From an uncultured delta proteobacterium (GTDB taxonomy: Bacteria > Desulfobacterota > Desulfobacteria > Desulfobacterales > Desulfosalsimonadaceae): 64,000 bases of DNA. Position 1 is the stretch's first letter, and each line of letters begins with the position of its first letter. The position numbers and the translations under genes are program-made. A model generated the notes under the pieces. It made no database searches. It saw nothing but the letters and a program-made list of their open reading frames with translations, and was not told where the DNA came from. Where the stretch lies: assembly GCA_963826785.1 (NCBI GenBank), contig CAWGYD010000003.1, positions 1 through 64,000 of the forward strand, given 5' to 3'. Shown piece after piece: positions 29,273 to 39,537 of the stretch.

Positions 29273-30814
29273 CTATCTCTCAAGGGTGACCCGCAGGACC
29301 TCGGATAAGGTGGTGATCCCCGCCTTTGCTTTCATCCACCCGTTCTGCCGCAGGGTGATCAGCCCCTTTTCCAGGGCCGCCGCCTTGATCCGCTCGGCAT
29401 CCGATTTGGCCGATATTTCCCGCCGGATATCCGCATCCACCGGCAGATACTCGAAGATGGCGGTTCGGCCCTGAAAACCGGTATGACGGCAGGCATCGCA
29501 CCCCTTGCCCGAATAGAGCACGACGTTGTCGGTTTCTTCCGGCGGCAGGTTCATGGCCTTGATATGCTTTTCATCCGGCGCCTCCACGGTCCGGCATTCC
29601 GGGCAGATCACCCGGACCAGCCTCTGGGCCAGAATCCCCAGCAGGGTCGAACTCAGCAGAAAACCCTCCACCCCCATGTCCAGAAGACGGCTGACCGCCC
29701 CCACCGCATCGTTGGTGTGCAGGGTGGAAAAGAGCAGATGCCCGGTCAGGGCGGACTGTACGGCGATGTCCGCGGTTTCCTTGTCCCGGATTTCCCCCAC
29801 CAGAATGATGTCCGGGTCCTGCCGGACAATGGACCGCAGCCCGTTGGCAAAGGTCAGCCCGATCTTGGCATTGACCTGGATCTGATTGACCCCCCGCAGA
29901 TAATATTCCACCGGGTCTTCCAGGGTGATGATCTTGTTTTCCGGCGAGCTGATCTTGGCCAGGGAGGTATACAGGGTGGAGGTTTTGCCGCTGCCGGTGG
30001 GGCCGGTCACCAGGATCATGCCATAGGGCTGGGTGATCAGCCGCATGTATTGCTCAAGCAGCTCTTTGGGAAAACCGATCTTCTCCAGGTCCAGAATCAG
30101 CATCTCCCGGTCCAGCACCCGCATGACCAGGCTTTCCCCGAACAGGGTGGGGATGGTGGAGACGCGGAAATCGATCTCCCGGTTTAAAACTTTAAGCTTG
30201 ATCCGACCGTCCTGGGGCAGCCGCCGTTCGGCAATGTCCATGTTGGCCATGATTTTCACCCGCGACAGGATGGCCGCCTGGAGCCGCTTGGGCGGAGATT
30301 CAATATCATGAAGCACCCCGTCGATTCGAAACCGGACCATAAATTCATTTTCAAATGGCTCGTAATGAATATCGCTGGCCCGCAATTCGACCGCTTTGAG
30401 GATCAGGCGGTTGACCAGGCGGATGATGGGCGCCTCGGATGCCATGTCCTTTAAATGCTCGACATCCTCGCTGCCCGATTCGCTGATTTCATAAACGTCC
30501 CGGCCGGCTTCCTCGATGATCATCTCCAGCGACTGGGTGCCCGAACCATAGAGCCGCTCCACCGCCTCCAGGATGTCCCCCGCCTCGCCGGCAATGACAT
30601 CCACTTCCAGCCCGCACCCGAGCCGGATGGCATCAATGGTGGAAAAATCATCGGGATCAGCCATGGCGATCCGCAGGGTATGGTCCGTCAGGGCAACCGG
30701 AACGAAGCGGGCCTGCTTCATGAATTTCACGGAGAGCCGCTCGAGTTCCAGGGGTTCAGACGGATAATCGTTTGCAGATAATGATTTCATTTCAGATGTG
30801 ATGTCTGCGGTCAT
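29273..30814 (-). CDS. gspE: T2SS ATPase
   Basis: ASDIHYEP, RRLPQDG, GPTGSGKT, TLEDPVE, RQDPDIILVGEIRD, TGHLLFSTLHTN, CPEC..CDAC zinc motif. Confidence 0.96.
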   Translation of the reverse strand: MTADITSEMKSLSANDYPSEPLELERLSVKFMKQARFVPVALTDHTLRIAMADPDDFSTIDAIRLGCGLEVDVIAGEAGDILEAVERLYGSGTQSLEMIIEEAGRDVYEISESGSEDVEHLKDMASEAPIIRLVNRLILKAVELRASDIHYEPFENEFMVRFRIDGVLHDIESPPKRLQAAILSRVKIMANMDIAERRLPQDGRIKLKVLNREIDFRVSTIPTLFGESLVMRVLDREMLILDLEKIGFPKELLEQYMRLITQPYGMILVTGPTGSGKTSTLYTSLAKISSPENKIITLEDPVEYYLRGVNQIQVNAKIGLTFANGLRSIVRQDPDIILVGEIRDKETADIAVQSALTGHLLFSTLHTNDAVGAVSRLLDMGVEGFLLSSTLLGILAQRLVRVICPECRTVEAPDEKHIKAMNLPPEETDNVVLYSGKGCDACRHTGFQGRTAIFEYLPVDADIRREISAKSDAERIKAAALEKGLITLRQNGWMKAKAGITTLSEVLRVTLER

Positions 30815-30942
30815 GATTTTGAATTCGGTCCGGCCATGTCCGCGCAGGCTTTTAAATCAGCGGTTTGACTGCGCGCCGGCGCGGTCCTATTATTACGGAT
30901 AAATGCGGCATCTTAAGCAGATGCACGGTTGATAAGATACTG

Positions 30943-30959
30943 AGCAAATATCATACCAT
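30943..30959 (-). promoter_or_regulatory. Sigma-54 promoter (-24/-12) for the T2SS/signalling operon
   Basis: Minus strand ATGGTATGATATTTGCT = TGG-N10-GC with TTGC, ~130 nt upstream of the gspE ATG. Confidence 0.7.
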
Positions 30960-31161
30960 GCGGGATAAATAAACCGATAAATTTTGAGCCGGGAAAAGCG
31001 CCATACCTCGATGACAATCGCTTTTATTCATTGGCAAATGCCGCGCCCCCGCCAGGCTTTTTCCTTGACAAGCCCGGTCTGATTCCATCAGAATGCCAGG
31101 AAAATGGTCGGGCAAGGAAGACGACTATATGCCGGTTGCCCGGTCCAAAGCAAACGATTAA

Positions 31162-31437
31162 ATGGGTGATCTGATCAAGATGAGTGACAACGGAGCGGCG
31201 GCGGGCGATTTTTTCATAATTACCGTGATCGACAACGGGATCGAAGCGCAGCTGATCGGCTCGATATTGACCGAGCGCGGGATTCCCCACCGGATCTGTT
31301 CACATCACGATACCGCCTATGACGGATTATTCCAGACCCAGAAAGGATGGGGCCGGGTCGAGGCGCCGCAGTCCTGTCGATCCCAGATACTCGAGATTAT
31401 AAATGATGTTCGGAAAAATATTTCCTTGACGAAATAA
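31162..31437 (+). CDS. DUF2007-like small protein
   Basis: DNGIEAQLIGSILTERGIPH..HDTAYDGLFQ..GWG pattern. Confidence 0.65.
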   Translation: MGDLIKMSDNGAAAGDFFIITVIDNGIEAQLIGSILTERGIPHRICSHHDTAYDGLFQTQKGWGRVEAPQSCRSQILEIINDVRKNISLTK

Positions 31438-31463
31438 CTGTTGAATAGAGGGGGGCAGATCAG

Positions 31464-32753
31464 ATGGCAGATTTAAAATATATGAACCTGTTTGAAAAAG
31501 CGCTGGAAATCGGCCGGCCGCCAAACGTGGTTAAGCTGTTTCCCAATTCCCGGGCGCTGATTGTCAGCGGCAAGTTCATCGACCGGGCCATGCTGAAAAA
31601 GGGCAAAGCGATCGCCATGGCCGCAAACGGCCGGAATTACTTTGTTATCCGGGGCGCACTCATGGCGGCCCAGCGAGCCAATGCCGCCATTATCATTGAA
31701 ATCGCCAAATCGGAAGGCGGCACCAAGGCCTATTGCGCGGTCAACTACTGGATCATCGCCCGGCTGGTGGATGACCTGATGAACGAGCTGGGCATCACCG
31801 TTCCGGTGGCTATCCACGCCGATCACTACGGCGTCAAGAGCCGGGCGGACATCGACAGCGCCAGGACCGAGATTCCCACCCTGTTCGAATCCGGGATCAC
31901 CTCGATTGCCATTGACGCCTCCCATCTGCCGGACGATCAGAACCTCAACGCCAGCCTGGAGCTGAATCAATTCGTCCCCAAATGGGCCGGCTATGAAACC
32001 GAAGTGGGTGAAATCAAGGGAAAAGAAGGACTCTCCACCGTAGAGGAAGCGCTTTTTCTAATCCAGGGGCTAAACGCCCATGACATCTTTCCCGACTGGA
32101 TCGCCCTGAACAACGGCACCACCCATGGGATCGAGGCCGCCGCCGAAGGCATCCAGGTGGAACTGACCGCCGCCATTCATGAGGCCGTCGCCCCCTACCG
32201 GGTGTCCGGCGCCCAGCATGGCACTTCCGGCAACAGTTCCGATCGGTTGAAGCGGATCGCCCAGACCACCCGGACCACCAAGGCCAACGTGGCCACCGCC
32301 CTGCAGATGATTTCCTGGGGACTCGAAGTCAACGACTACGGCAATGCCATGCTGGATGCCACCGGAAATTTCATCAAAGTCCGGGAAGCGGGCATGACAG
32401 AAGCCATGTGGGAAAAAGTAAAGGCGTATGCGGATGCCAACGGATTGAAGAAAGGGGACTACAAAAAGCTTAACCTCCCCTTTGAAAACGCTTTTCTTGC
32501 CCAGCCGGCCGCGATCCGGGAACGGATGAGCAAGCGGGTGGAGGATTTTATCTACAACATGCTGGTCAACGTCTTCAATTGCCGGGACACCGCCCCCATT
32601 GCGCTTGAGACCATAGTCGAGACGGGCTCCTATGACCCCGGCCCCAAAGGGAGGCGCATCGAGGACCCCGCGCAATGGACCCCGGAGCAGATTGCCATAA
32701 AGGCAGCGGGCATTCAAAGTGACAAGGGGCCGGCAGGGAATTTTGAAGATTGA
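31464..32753 (+). CDS. fba: Class II fructose-bisphosphate aldolase
   Basis: IHADH, SIAIDASH, ETEVGEI, GTTHG, QHGTSG, KANVAT. Confidence 0.88.
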   Translation: MADLKYMNLFEKALEIGRPPNVVKLFPNSRALIVSGKFIDRAMLKKGKAIAMAANGRNYFVIRGALMAAQRANAAIIIEIAKSEGGTKAYCAVNYWIIARLVDDLMNELGITVPVAIHADHYGVKSRADIDSARTEIPTLFESGITSIAIDASHLPDDQNLNASLELNQFVPKWAGYETEVGEIKGKEGLSTVEEALFLIQGLNAHDIFPDWIALNNGTTHGIEAAAEGIQVELTAAIHEAVAPYRVSGAQHGTSGNSSDRLKRIAQTTRTTKANVATALQMISWGLEVNDYGNAMLDATGNFIKVREAGMTEAMWEKVKAYADANGLKKGDYKKLNLPFENAFLAQPAAIRERMSKRVEDFIYNMLVNVFNCRDTAPIALETIVETGSYDPGPKGRRIEDPAQWTPEQIAIKAAGIQSDKGPAGNFED

Positions 32754-32813
32754 GGATGGCGCTGTACCTCTTTTTGAAGTTTTCTGACAGAATGCAAACG
32801 AACCTGATCTGCC

Positions 32814-33335
32814 ATGCTTAAAAAAGTCCATTGCCATTACTGCGGCAATCGGTTATCGCATATTCAGGAGGACGGCAGATCCCGGCTCTATTGTGCTGCC
32901 TGCGCGTCCATCCTCTATGAAAATCCGGTTCCGGCCACTGCCATGGTGACCATAGACCCGCAGGGCCGTCTGCTTCTGGTAAAGCGCAGTGTGGATCCCA
33001 AAATGGGCTTCTGGTGCCTTCCGGGCGGATTTATGGAAATCGGGGAAACGCCCGAAGGTGCGGGGTTGCGGGAACTGGAGGAAGAGACCGGCTTATCGGG
33101 CAAAATCGACATGCTGCTGGGGGTCACTGCAGATCCGAGTGAGCGGTATGGCACTGTCCTGATGACGGGATACCTGGTCCGGCAGTTTTGCGGCACCCTT
33201 CGTGCCGGCGACGACGCTGAGGCGGCGGAGTGGTTTTCCCATGACCGGCTGCCGGAAATCGCCTTTTACAGTCACCATCGGTTCATCAAACTCTATTTTT
33301 CGGCATATGCGGATTCCGACCCATCAGATTCATAA
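32814..33335 (+). CDS. NUDIX hydrolase with N-terminal zinc ribbon
   Basis: CHYCG..CAAC, YENP, Nudix box GGFMEIGETPEGAGLRELEEETG. Confidence 0.92.
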   Translation: MLKKVHCHYCGNRLSHIQEDGRSRLYCAACASILYENPVPATAMVTIDPQGRLLLVKRSVDPKMGFWCLPGGFMEIGETPEGAGLRELEEETGLSGKIDMLLGVTADPSERYGTVLMTGYLVRQFCGTLRAGDDAEAAEWFSHDRLPEIAFYSHHRFIKLYFSAYADSDPSDS

Positions 33336-33690
33336 TGTTTTAAATGCCTATGCCCGGCGGTTGGCGCGGGAAGAAGGCGGCAACGCCGAAGAACGCGATC
33401 GGGCCCGGGCGCTGTTTTCAGACAAGCGCCGTTTCATTATCAATCAGATTATCGAAGATACCCTGCAAAATGTCATCAAAGCCCGAAACGCCCATCCGGA
33501 CGGCGCAAATGCGTCTGGAACGGAAAAAAATACGCACCCTGACGCCGAAAAGAGCCACTTGCTCTATTATCAGCGTATGACTTCCGACCACCAGAAAATC
33601 CGCTCCGTCCTTGAGATCACCGAACTCGACTTTCTGCCCGGTGATGAAGCGCAGCCCCCGCCGGTCGATGATTCCGAACCCGAAGAATAA
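33307..33690 (+). CDS. Hypothetical protein, DVU0524-like
   Basis: ATG at 33307 gives MRIPTHQIHNVLNAYARRL and KRRFIINQI, resembling the Desulfobacterota DVU0524 family. Confidence 0.5.
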   Translation: MRIPTHQIHNVLNAYARRLAREEGGNAEERDRARALFSDKRRFIINQIIEDTLQNVIKARNAHPDGANASGTEKNTHPDAEKSHLLYYQRMTSDHQKIRSVLEITELDFLPGDEAQPPPVDDSEPEE

Positions 33691-33691
33691 T

Positions 33692-34471
33692 TTACCAGGT
33701 GGATCTTACCCGGACACCTTTTTGGGACAGGTAGGATTTGATATCCGAAATGGTGTAAGTTCCGTAATGGACCATGGAGGCGATCAAGGCGGCGTCTGCT
33801 TTTCCCTCTGTCAGCACATCGGATAGATGCTCGGGCCGGCCCGCCCCGCCAGAGGCGATCACCGGGATATCCACCTGACTGGAAATCAGGGCCGTCAGAT
33901 TCAGTTCGTATCCGTTGCGGGTCCCGTCCGCATCAATGGAATTCAGGCAAATTTCGCCCGCACCCAGCCTTTGGGCACGCTGCGCCCATTCTAGCGCATC
34001 GATGCCCATGAAGGTGCGGCCTCCGTTGATGACAATTTCATAACCCGATGGAATCCGGCTGCTTTTTACCACCTGCTTGACATCCATCCCCAATACGATG
34101 CACTGGCTGCCGAAGGCCTCCGCCCCTTTTGCAATGATCTCCGGGTTTTTAACCGCAGCTGAGTTGACGCTCACTTTTTCGGCACCGGCCAGCAGAACCG
34201 CGCGCATATCCTCCAGCGTCCGGATGCCGCCGCCCACGGAAAAAGGGATGAAGATGGTTTCGGCCACCCTCCGGACCACTTCGATCATGATATCGCGCTT
34301 TTCATGGGAGGCGGTGATATCATAAAACACGATTTCGTCGGCCCCCTGTTCATAGTACTGCCGGGCCATTTCCACGGGATCGCCGATATCGATGTTGTCC
34401 TTGAACTTGATCCCCTTGGTGGTCTTTCCTGCGCGAACGTCCAGGCAGACAATAATCCGTTTGCTCAGCAT
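33692..34471 (-). CDS. hisF: Imidazole glycerol phosphate synthase, cyclase subunit
   Basis: [52 protein letters not shown]. Confidence 0.96.
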   Translation of the reverse strand: MLSKRIIVCLDVRAGKTTKGIKFKDNIDIGDPVEMARQYYEQGADEIVFYDITASHEKRDIMIEVVRRVAETIFIPFSVGGGIRTLEDMRAVLLAGAEKVSVNSAAVKNPEIIAKGAEAFGSQCIVLGMDVKQVVKSSRIPSGYEIVINGGRTFMGIDALEWAQRAQRLGAGEICLNSIDADGTRNGYELNLTALISSQVDIPVIASGGAGRPEHLSDVLTEGKADAALIASMVHYGTYTISDIKSYLSQKGVRVRSTW

Positions 34472-35095
34472 GGCTTCCACTCATTGAAATTCTTTAAAAT
34501 TCGAAGCCCCGGCGTACCGCTCTTCTCCGGGTGAAACTGGGTGGCGATGACATTGTCCCGGCCGATGACCGAAGCAAAGTCGATGCCGTAATCGGTGGTG
34601 GCGATCACATTCGACTGTTGTCGGGGGACCGGGTAATAACTGTGCACAAAATAAAAGGTGTCTTCGGGCGAAATCCCCGCTAAAACGGGGTGGCTTGCCC
34701 GAAGGTTTAAGCCGGTTCCATCCCATGTGCGGTATTTTAAGCCCCCATATTTCCTCGGCATCAAAAGCGCTGCGAAATGAATTGACCGATCCTTCGATCA
34801 CCCCCAGGCAGGAGGTGAGGTTTTCCTCACTGTAGCCCAGAATAATCTGGGTGCCCAGGCAGATGCCCATAACGGGTTTCCGGCTGCTGACGGCTTCGGC
34901 AAGGGCGCGGTCAAGACCCAGGCGCCGCAGACTGGCCATTGCCGACCCGGCGGCCCCCACCCCCGGAAAGATGACCCTTTCCGCCTCCCGGATTTTTTCC
35001 GGGTCATTGGTAATCATATTATCGATGCCGATATACCGCAGCGCGCGGGACACGCTGGTCAGGTTGCCGGCTTCATAATCGATTATGGCAATCAT
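34465..35095 (-). CDS. hisH: Imidazole glycerol phosphate synthase, glutaminase subunit (frameshift ~34710)
   Basis: [26 protein letters not shown] in one frame; FYFVHSYY and QFHPEKSG in the next. Confidence 0.93.
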
Positions 35096-35171
35096 TTTTC
35101 CCACTCTATATATTAAGGACGGCTGATGAAAAAAAGCTACTCAGAACACAGGCGGCACCAAAAGTCAATTG

Positions 35172-35726
35172 TCATCTGACGGGCCCTTCCCTGGCCGCAT
35201 CGGAAGATTCGACCTTCTCGTTTAAGCTTTGCAGCTGTTTGAAAAGCCGGTCCCGGGTGCCGGCCGGCACTACCCGGATGATGGTTTTGGAGAGGGCGTA
35301 AACCGGAGGTCCCAGCTTCGATTGAGCGACCATCTGCCCGCCGCCCCGGGGGGCGAATGTCACCAGCAGAAGATACCCGAAAGAAACAATGAGCACCCCC
35401 TTGACCGCACCGAAAAGCGCCCCCAGCACCCGATCCACCAGGCCAAGGAGTGCCAGATTCATCAAATACCGGATAAGGACCCCTGCCAGGGTGATCACCA
35501 GAAACGTCAAGCAGAACAGAAGGATAAAGCTGACGATATTGACATATGCCCCATCTGCGCCATACCTTGAAAACAAATCCCCCACGGGCTGATAAAAAAA
35601 ATAGCCGCAATAGAACCCCGCCAGCAGCCCCGCAATGGCCGTCACTTCCCTGATCAGTCCCCGAAATATGCCCAGAATCGCCATAAATCCGATAATGATG
35701 ACAACAGCCATATCAAAAGGGTTCAT
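35172..35726 (-). CDS. cvpA: CvpA (colicin V production) family membrane protein
   Basis: MNPFD, GIFRGLIRE, DRVLGALFGAVKG; four TM segments. Confidence 0.9.
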   Translation of the reverse strand: MNPFDMAVVIIIGFMAILGIFRGLIREVTAIAGLLAGFYCGYFFYQPVGDLFSRYGADGAYVNIVSFILLFCLTFLVITLAGVLIRYLMNLALLGLVDRVLGALFGAVKGVLIVSFGYLLLVTFAPRGGGQMVAQSKLGPPVYALSKTIIRVVPAGTRDRLFKQLQSLNEKVESSDAAREGPVR

Positions 35727-36004
35727 CTATCAATATCCATCATCGAGTAATTGATGCAACGCAGCTGCATTTGGGACGGCCATCTTCATCTAAAATTCAA
35801 ACCACCGGAAACATTGCTGAATCGTTAAACATGCATCGCTGAAAATGCAGGGTTTTTCCATTCGGCGCACGCAGCAGCATCGAAAGAATAACAAAATGTA
35901 TCAAATGGTTAAATTACATACCCCCCTTTCCGGCGTCAAGAAAATTCTTGTTTTTCCGCTGCATCACATTATAAAGGGTGTGTTGAGGGGAAAACCGTCT
36001 CATT

Positions 36005-36032
36005 TTGACATCCGACAGTTTTGCCATATATT
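36005..36032 (+). promoter_or_regulatory. Probable sigma-70 promoter of the phoH operon
   Basis: TTGACA-N16-TATATT, ~90 nt upstream of phoH. Confidence 0.5.
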
Positions 36033-36121
36033 AATGGATATTTAGTGCTGTGCGCGGTTGTGGATTTAACATCTGCGGTTTCCGTTCAGACACATTTTAA
36101 ATTACGGCCGAAAATTAAAAA

Positions 36122-37105
36122 ATGAATGCTTACCAGGAACACGCCCGTACCGAATTGACATTTTCGGACCTGGCACTTGCCCGGACCCTGTTCGGAGAAC
36201 ACAATAAAAATCTGAAATATATTGCCGAGGTGTCGTCGGCGACCATTTCCGCCCGGGGGAATTCCGTTTTTATCGAAGGGGACACGGTTTCTTCGGAACT
36301 GGCCGCAAACATACTCAACCAGTTGTATGGATTGCTCAAGGAAAGCTATCCCGTGTTTGCGCGCGACGTCGAGTTTGCGGCCAACGTGCTGAGAAAAGAT
36401 CATTCGGCCAACCTGAAGGATCTATTTCTGGATGCGGTGTACGTCACTTCCAAAAAGAGAACCATCACCCCCAAGAGCCCGGTTCAAAAAGAATATATTG
36501 ATGCCATTCGCAACTATGATATTGTCTTCGGCATCGGCCCGGCCGGAACGGGAAAAACCTATCTGGCCATGGCCATGGCCGTTGCCGCACTGGCCCGGAA
36601 GCAGGTCAGCCGAATTGTCCTGACCCGCCCCGCGGTGGAAGCGGGAGAAGCCCTCGGGTTTCTGCCCGGGGACCTGGCGGAGAAAGTCAATCCTTACCTG
36701 AGACCGCTCTATGATGCACTGCACGACATGATGACATTCGAAAAGGCCGCCGGCATGCTGCAGCAGGACGTCATCGAAGTGGCGCCGCTGGCGTTCATGC
36801 GGGGCCGGACCCTAAACGATGCCTTTATCATACTGGATGAAGCACAGAACTCCACTTCCGAGCAGATGAAGATGTTTCTGACCCGCATCGGATTTAATTC
36901 CAAAGCGGTCATCACCGGCGATATTACCCAGAGCGACCTTCCCCGGCACCGGCCCTCCGGTCTGGTGGAAGCAAACGAGGTCTTAAAGAACATCGAGGAT
37001 ATCCGTTTCGTTCGTTTTACCAAATTCGATGTGGTCCGACACCGGCTGGTTCAGAAAATCATCGATGCCTATGAAAGAAAAGAAGCGGAACAAACCGCCC
37101 TGTGA
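36122..37105 (+). CDS. phoH: PhoH-family ATPase (YbeZ-like)
   Basis: GPAGTGKT, RPAVEAGE, LAFMRGRTL, LDEAQN, GDITQ, VRHRLV. Confidence 0.95.
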   Translation: MNAYQEHARTELTFSDLALARTLFGEHNKNLKYIAEVSSATISARGNSVFIEGDTVSSELAANILNQLYGLLKESYPVFARDVEFAANVLRKDHSANLKDLFLDAVYVTSKKRTITPKSPVQKEYIDAIRNYDIVFGIGPAGTGKTYLAMAMAVAALARKQVSRIVLTRPAVEAGEALGFLPGDLAEKVNPYLRPLYDALHDMMTFEKAAGMLQQDVIEVAPLAFMRGRTLNDAFIILDEAQNSTSEQMKMFLTRIGFNSKAVITGDITQSDLPRHRPSGLVEANEVLKNIEDIRFVRFTKFDVVRHRLVQKIIDAYERKEAEQTAL

Positions 37106-37176
37106 GGCCGGCGTCATGAATTTTCTCAAACGGGTTTAACCCAAACTGATTCCCCAATCTCCATTCGTTATTTTCT

Positions 37177-39537
37177 ATGGTCAATAAACTCAGCGATATT
37201 TCGATTAAAAAGCCATTTGACAACTGGTCTTTATATGCCATTCTCCTTTCCGTGACCATCCTGTCCACCCTGATTCTGTACCCGAAGCTGATCATCGTGC
37301 ACACCCCTTATCAGATCGGGGACATCGCGGACAAGGATATCAAAGCCACCACGGACCTTCTCATCGAGGACAAAACCGCCACCGGCGAGCGTATTCAGCA
37401 GGCCCGGGACGAGGTGCTGACCGTCTATGACTATGACCGCGCCATGCTGCCCAACATGGTCCGCCAGGTCAACCAGTCATTCGGGCTGGCCCGAACGGCC
37501 CTGGAAAGCGCCAAGCCCGATGTCAGCGCGAAAGATTCAGAAAAAAACAGCAAACTCTGGCAGTTCAAACCCGAATTTGAGAAAAAGCTGGGCATCTCCG
37601 TAAGCAACGGCGCCTTTCGCATCCTTGAAACCGAAAAATTTTCCAAGCAGATATCTGAACTGATCATCAACATCGTTTCCCCCATCCTGGGCAACGGGGT
37701 CGTGGCCAACAAGGAACTGGTGCTCAAGGAAAACGAAAAAGGGATCATTCTGAGGACCGTGGGGTCAGACGATGAAAAGCTCGAGACCAACCTCAAGCAT
37801 TTTTATGGCCTGGATCAGGCCAAGACCATGGTGCGAATCGTGGGGGAACCGAAGCTCAAAGGGATCGATTACACGGTGGTGAACCTGATCGTCGACTTTA
37901 CCCAGCGCCTGCTCCAGCCCAATGTCACCTTAAACCGCAGTGAAACGGAAAACCGGAAGACGCTGGCTGCCGCCGATATCAAACCGATCCTCTACCAGAT
38001 CAAAAAGGGGGAGATGATTCTCAGGGAGGGCGAGCGGGTCACCCCGCTGCACATGCTGAAATTAAAAGCCCTGCGCAACCAGACCGGCACGAAGCAGGTT
38101 CTGGAAAAAGGAATCGGCACCGCCTTTATCATCCTCTCCCTGCTGGTCATTACCTACCTGATTCACTTGAAGTATCAGAACAAAATTCTGCTCTACCAGA
38201 ACAAAAATCTGATTTTCATCGGCAGTCTGGTCATTTTGTCCCTGCTCATTCTGCAGCTCTGGCTCTCCCTGGCCCAGTCCCTGGCTCCCCAGGCGCCCAT
38301 TTTCATTCCTCCGGAATCCATCTACTACAGCATCCCCCTGGCCGCAGGCGCCATGACGATCTGCCAGTTTCTGGGATTTTCCATTGCGTTTCCCTTCTCC
38401 ATCGTCATTGCCCTGATTACCGCCATCGCCTTTGAAAACAGCTACGGGTGGTGCCTCTTTTTCCTTCTCAACGGGATCATGGGGGCATACTGGATCCAAA
38501 ACTGCAGGGAGCGCAAGGCCTTCATCAAGGCGGGGGTGCGCCTGGGCCTGCTGAATATGGCCCTGGCGACCATGGTCGACGTCTACACGGTGGATTTCGC
38601 GGGGTTTAAAATTCTGTGGGACTGGGTTTTTGCCTTCTCGGGAGGGGTCCTTGCAGGCATCCTGACGGGGGGCATCACCCCTATGATGGAGATGTCTTTT
38701 GGATTCACCACCGACAGCACCCTGCTGGAACTGTCCAACCTGGATCAGCCCGTGCTGCGCCGGCTCATGCTGGAAGCGCCGGGCACCTACCACCATGCCA
38801 TGATCGTCGGGTCCATGGTGGAGGCGGCCGCATCCGAAATCGGCGCCAACTCTTTGCTGGGAAAAGTCTGCGGATATTACCACGACATCGGAAAGCTCAA
38901 AAACCCTCTGTATTTCATCGAAAATCAAAAAGACGGCAAGAACATCCACAATAAACTGGCCCCATCCATGTCCTGCCTGATTTTGACATCGCACATCAAA
39001 AACGGGGTCGAACTGGCCCGGGAAAAGAAGCTGGGGCAGGAGATCATGGATGCCATTCAGCAGCATCACGGCACCACCCTGATCAGTTTCTTCTATGAAA
39101 AAGCCAAAAAGCTGAAGAAGGATCAGACCGTCAACGTCGACAACTTCCGGTATCCCGGCCCCAAACCCCAGACCCGGGAAACCGCCCTGGTCATGCTCGC
39201 CGACGTGGTGGAAGCCGCCTCCAGGTCTTTGGAAAACCCGACCCCATCGCGCATCCAGGGGCTGGTGCAGCAGCTGATCAACAAGCTGTTTTCCGACAAC
39301 CAACTGGATGAATGCCCCCTGACCCTGAAGGACCTTCACAAGATCGCGAGAAGCTTCAACAAGATATTGAACGGCATTTATCATCACCGGATCGAATACC
39401 CGGATAAATACGCACCGGGGGAACAGAAAGAAATAAATGGCCATACTGATCGACAACCAGCAGAAATCCCATCGGACAGCACCGTCTCAGATACGGAAGA
39501 CGGCCCAAGCACTCTTAAACGCCTTGGACAGTCCTGA
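37177..39537 (+). CDS. 7TM-HD/HDIG phosphohydrolase (PgpH-like)
   Basis: Extracellular domain, ~7 TM segments, APGTYHH, YYHDIGK, QHHGT, YPGPKPQ, MLADVVEA. Confidence 0.92.
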   Translation: MVNKLSDISIKKPFDNWSLYAILLSVTILSTLILYPKLIIVHTPYQIGDIADKDIKATTDLLIEDKTATGERIQQARDEVLTVYDYDRAMLPNMVRQVNQSFGLARTALESAKPDVSAKDSEKNSKLWQFKPEFEKKLGISVSNGAFRILETEKFSKQISELIINIVSPILGNGVVANKELVLKENEKGIILRTVGSDDEKLETNLKHFYGLDQAKTMVRIVGEPKLKGIDYTVVNLIVDFTQRLLQPNVTLNRSETENRKTLAAADIKPILYQIKKGEMILREGERVTPLHMLKLKALRNQTGTKQVLEKGIGTAFIILSLLVITYLIHLKYQNKILLYQNKNLIFIGSLVILSLLILQLWLSLAQSLAPQAPIFIPPESIYYSIPLAAGAMTICQFLGFSIAFPFSIVIALITAIAFENSYGWCLFFLLNGIMGAYWIQNCRERKAFIKAGVRLGLLNMALATMVDVYTVDFAGFKILWDWVFAFSGGVLAGILTGGITPMMEMSFGFTTDSTLLELSNLDQPVLRRLMLEAPGTYHHAMIVGSMVEAAASEIGANSLLGKVCGYYHDIGKLKNPLYFIENQKDGKNIHNKLAPSMSCLILTSHIKNGVELAREKKLGQEIMDAIQQHHGTTLISFFYEKAKKLKKDQTVNVDNFRYPGPKPQTRETALVMLADVVEAASRSLENPTPSRIQGLVQQLINKLFSDNQLDECPLTLKDLHKIARSFNKILNGIYHHRIEYPDKYAPGEQKEINGHTDRQPAEIPSDSTVSDTEDGPSTLKRLGQS

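Noticed and set aside
38062..39456. 464-aa antisense ORF
   Set aside because: Shadow of the HDIG phosphohydrolase gene.
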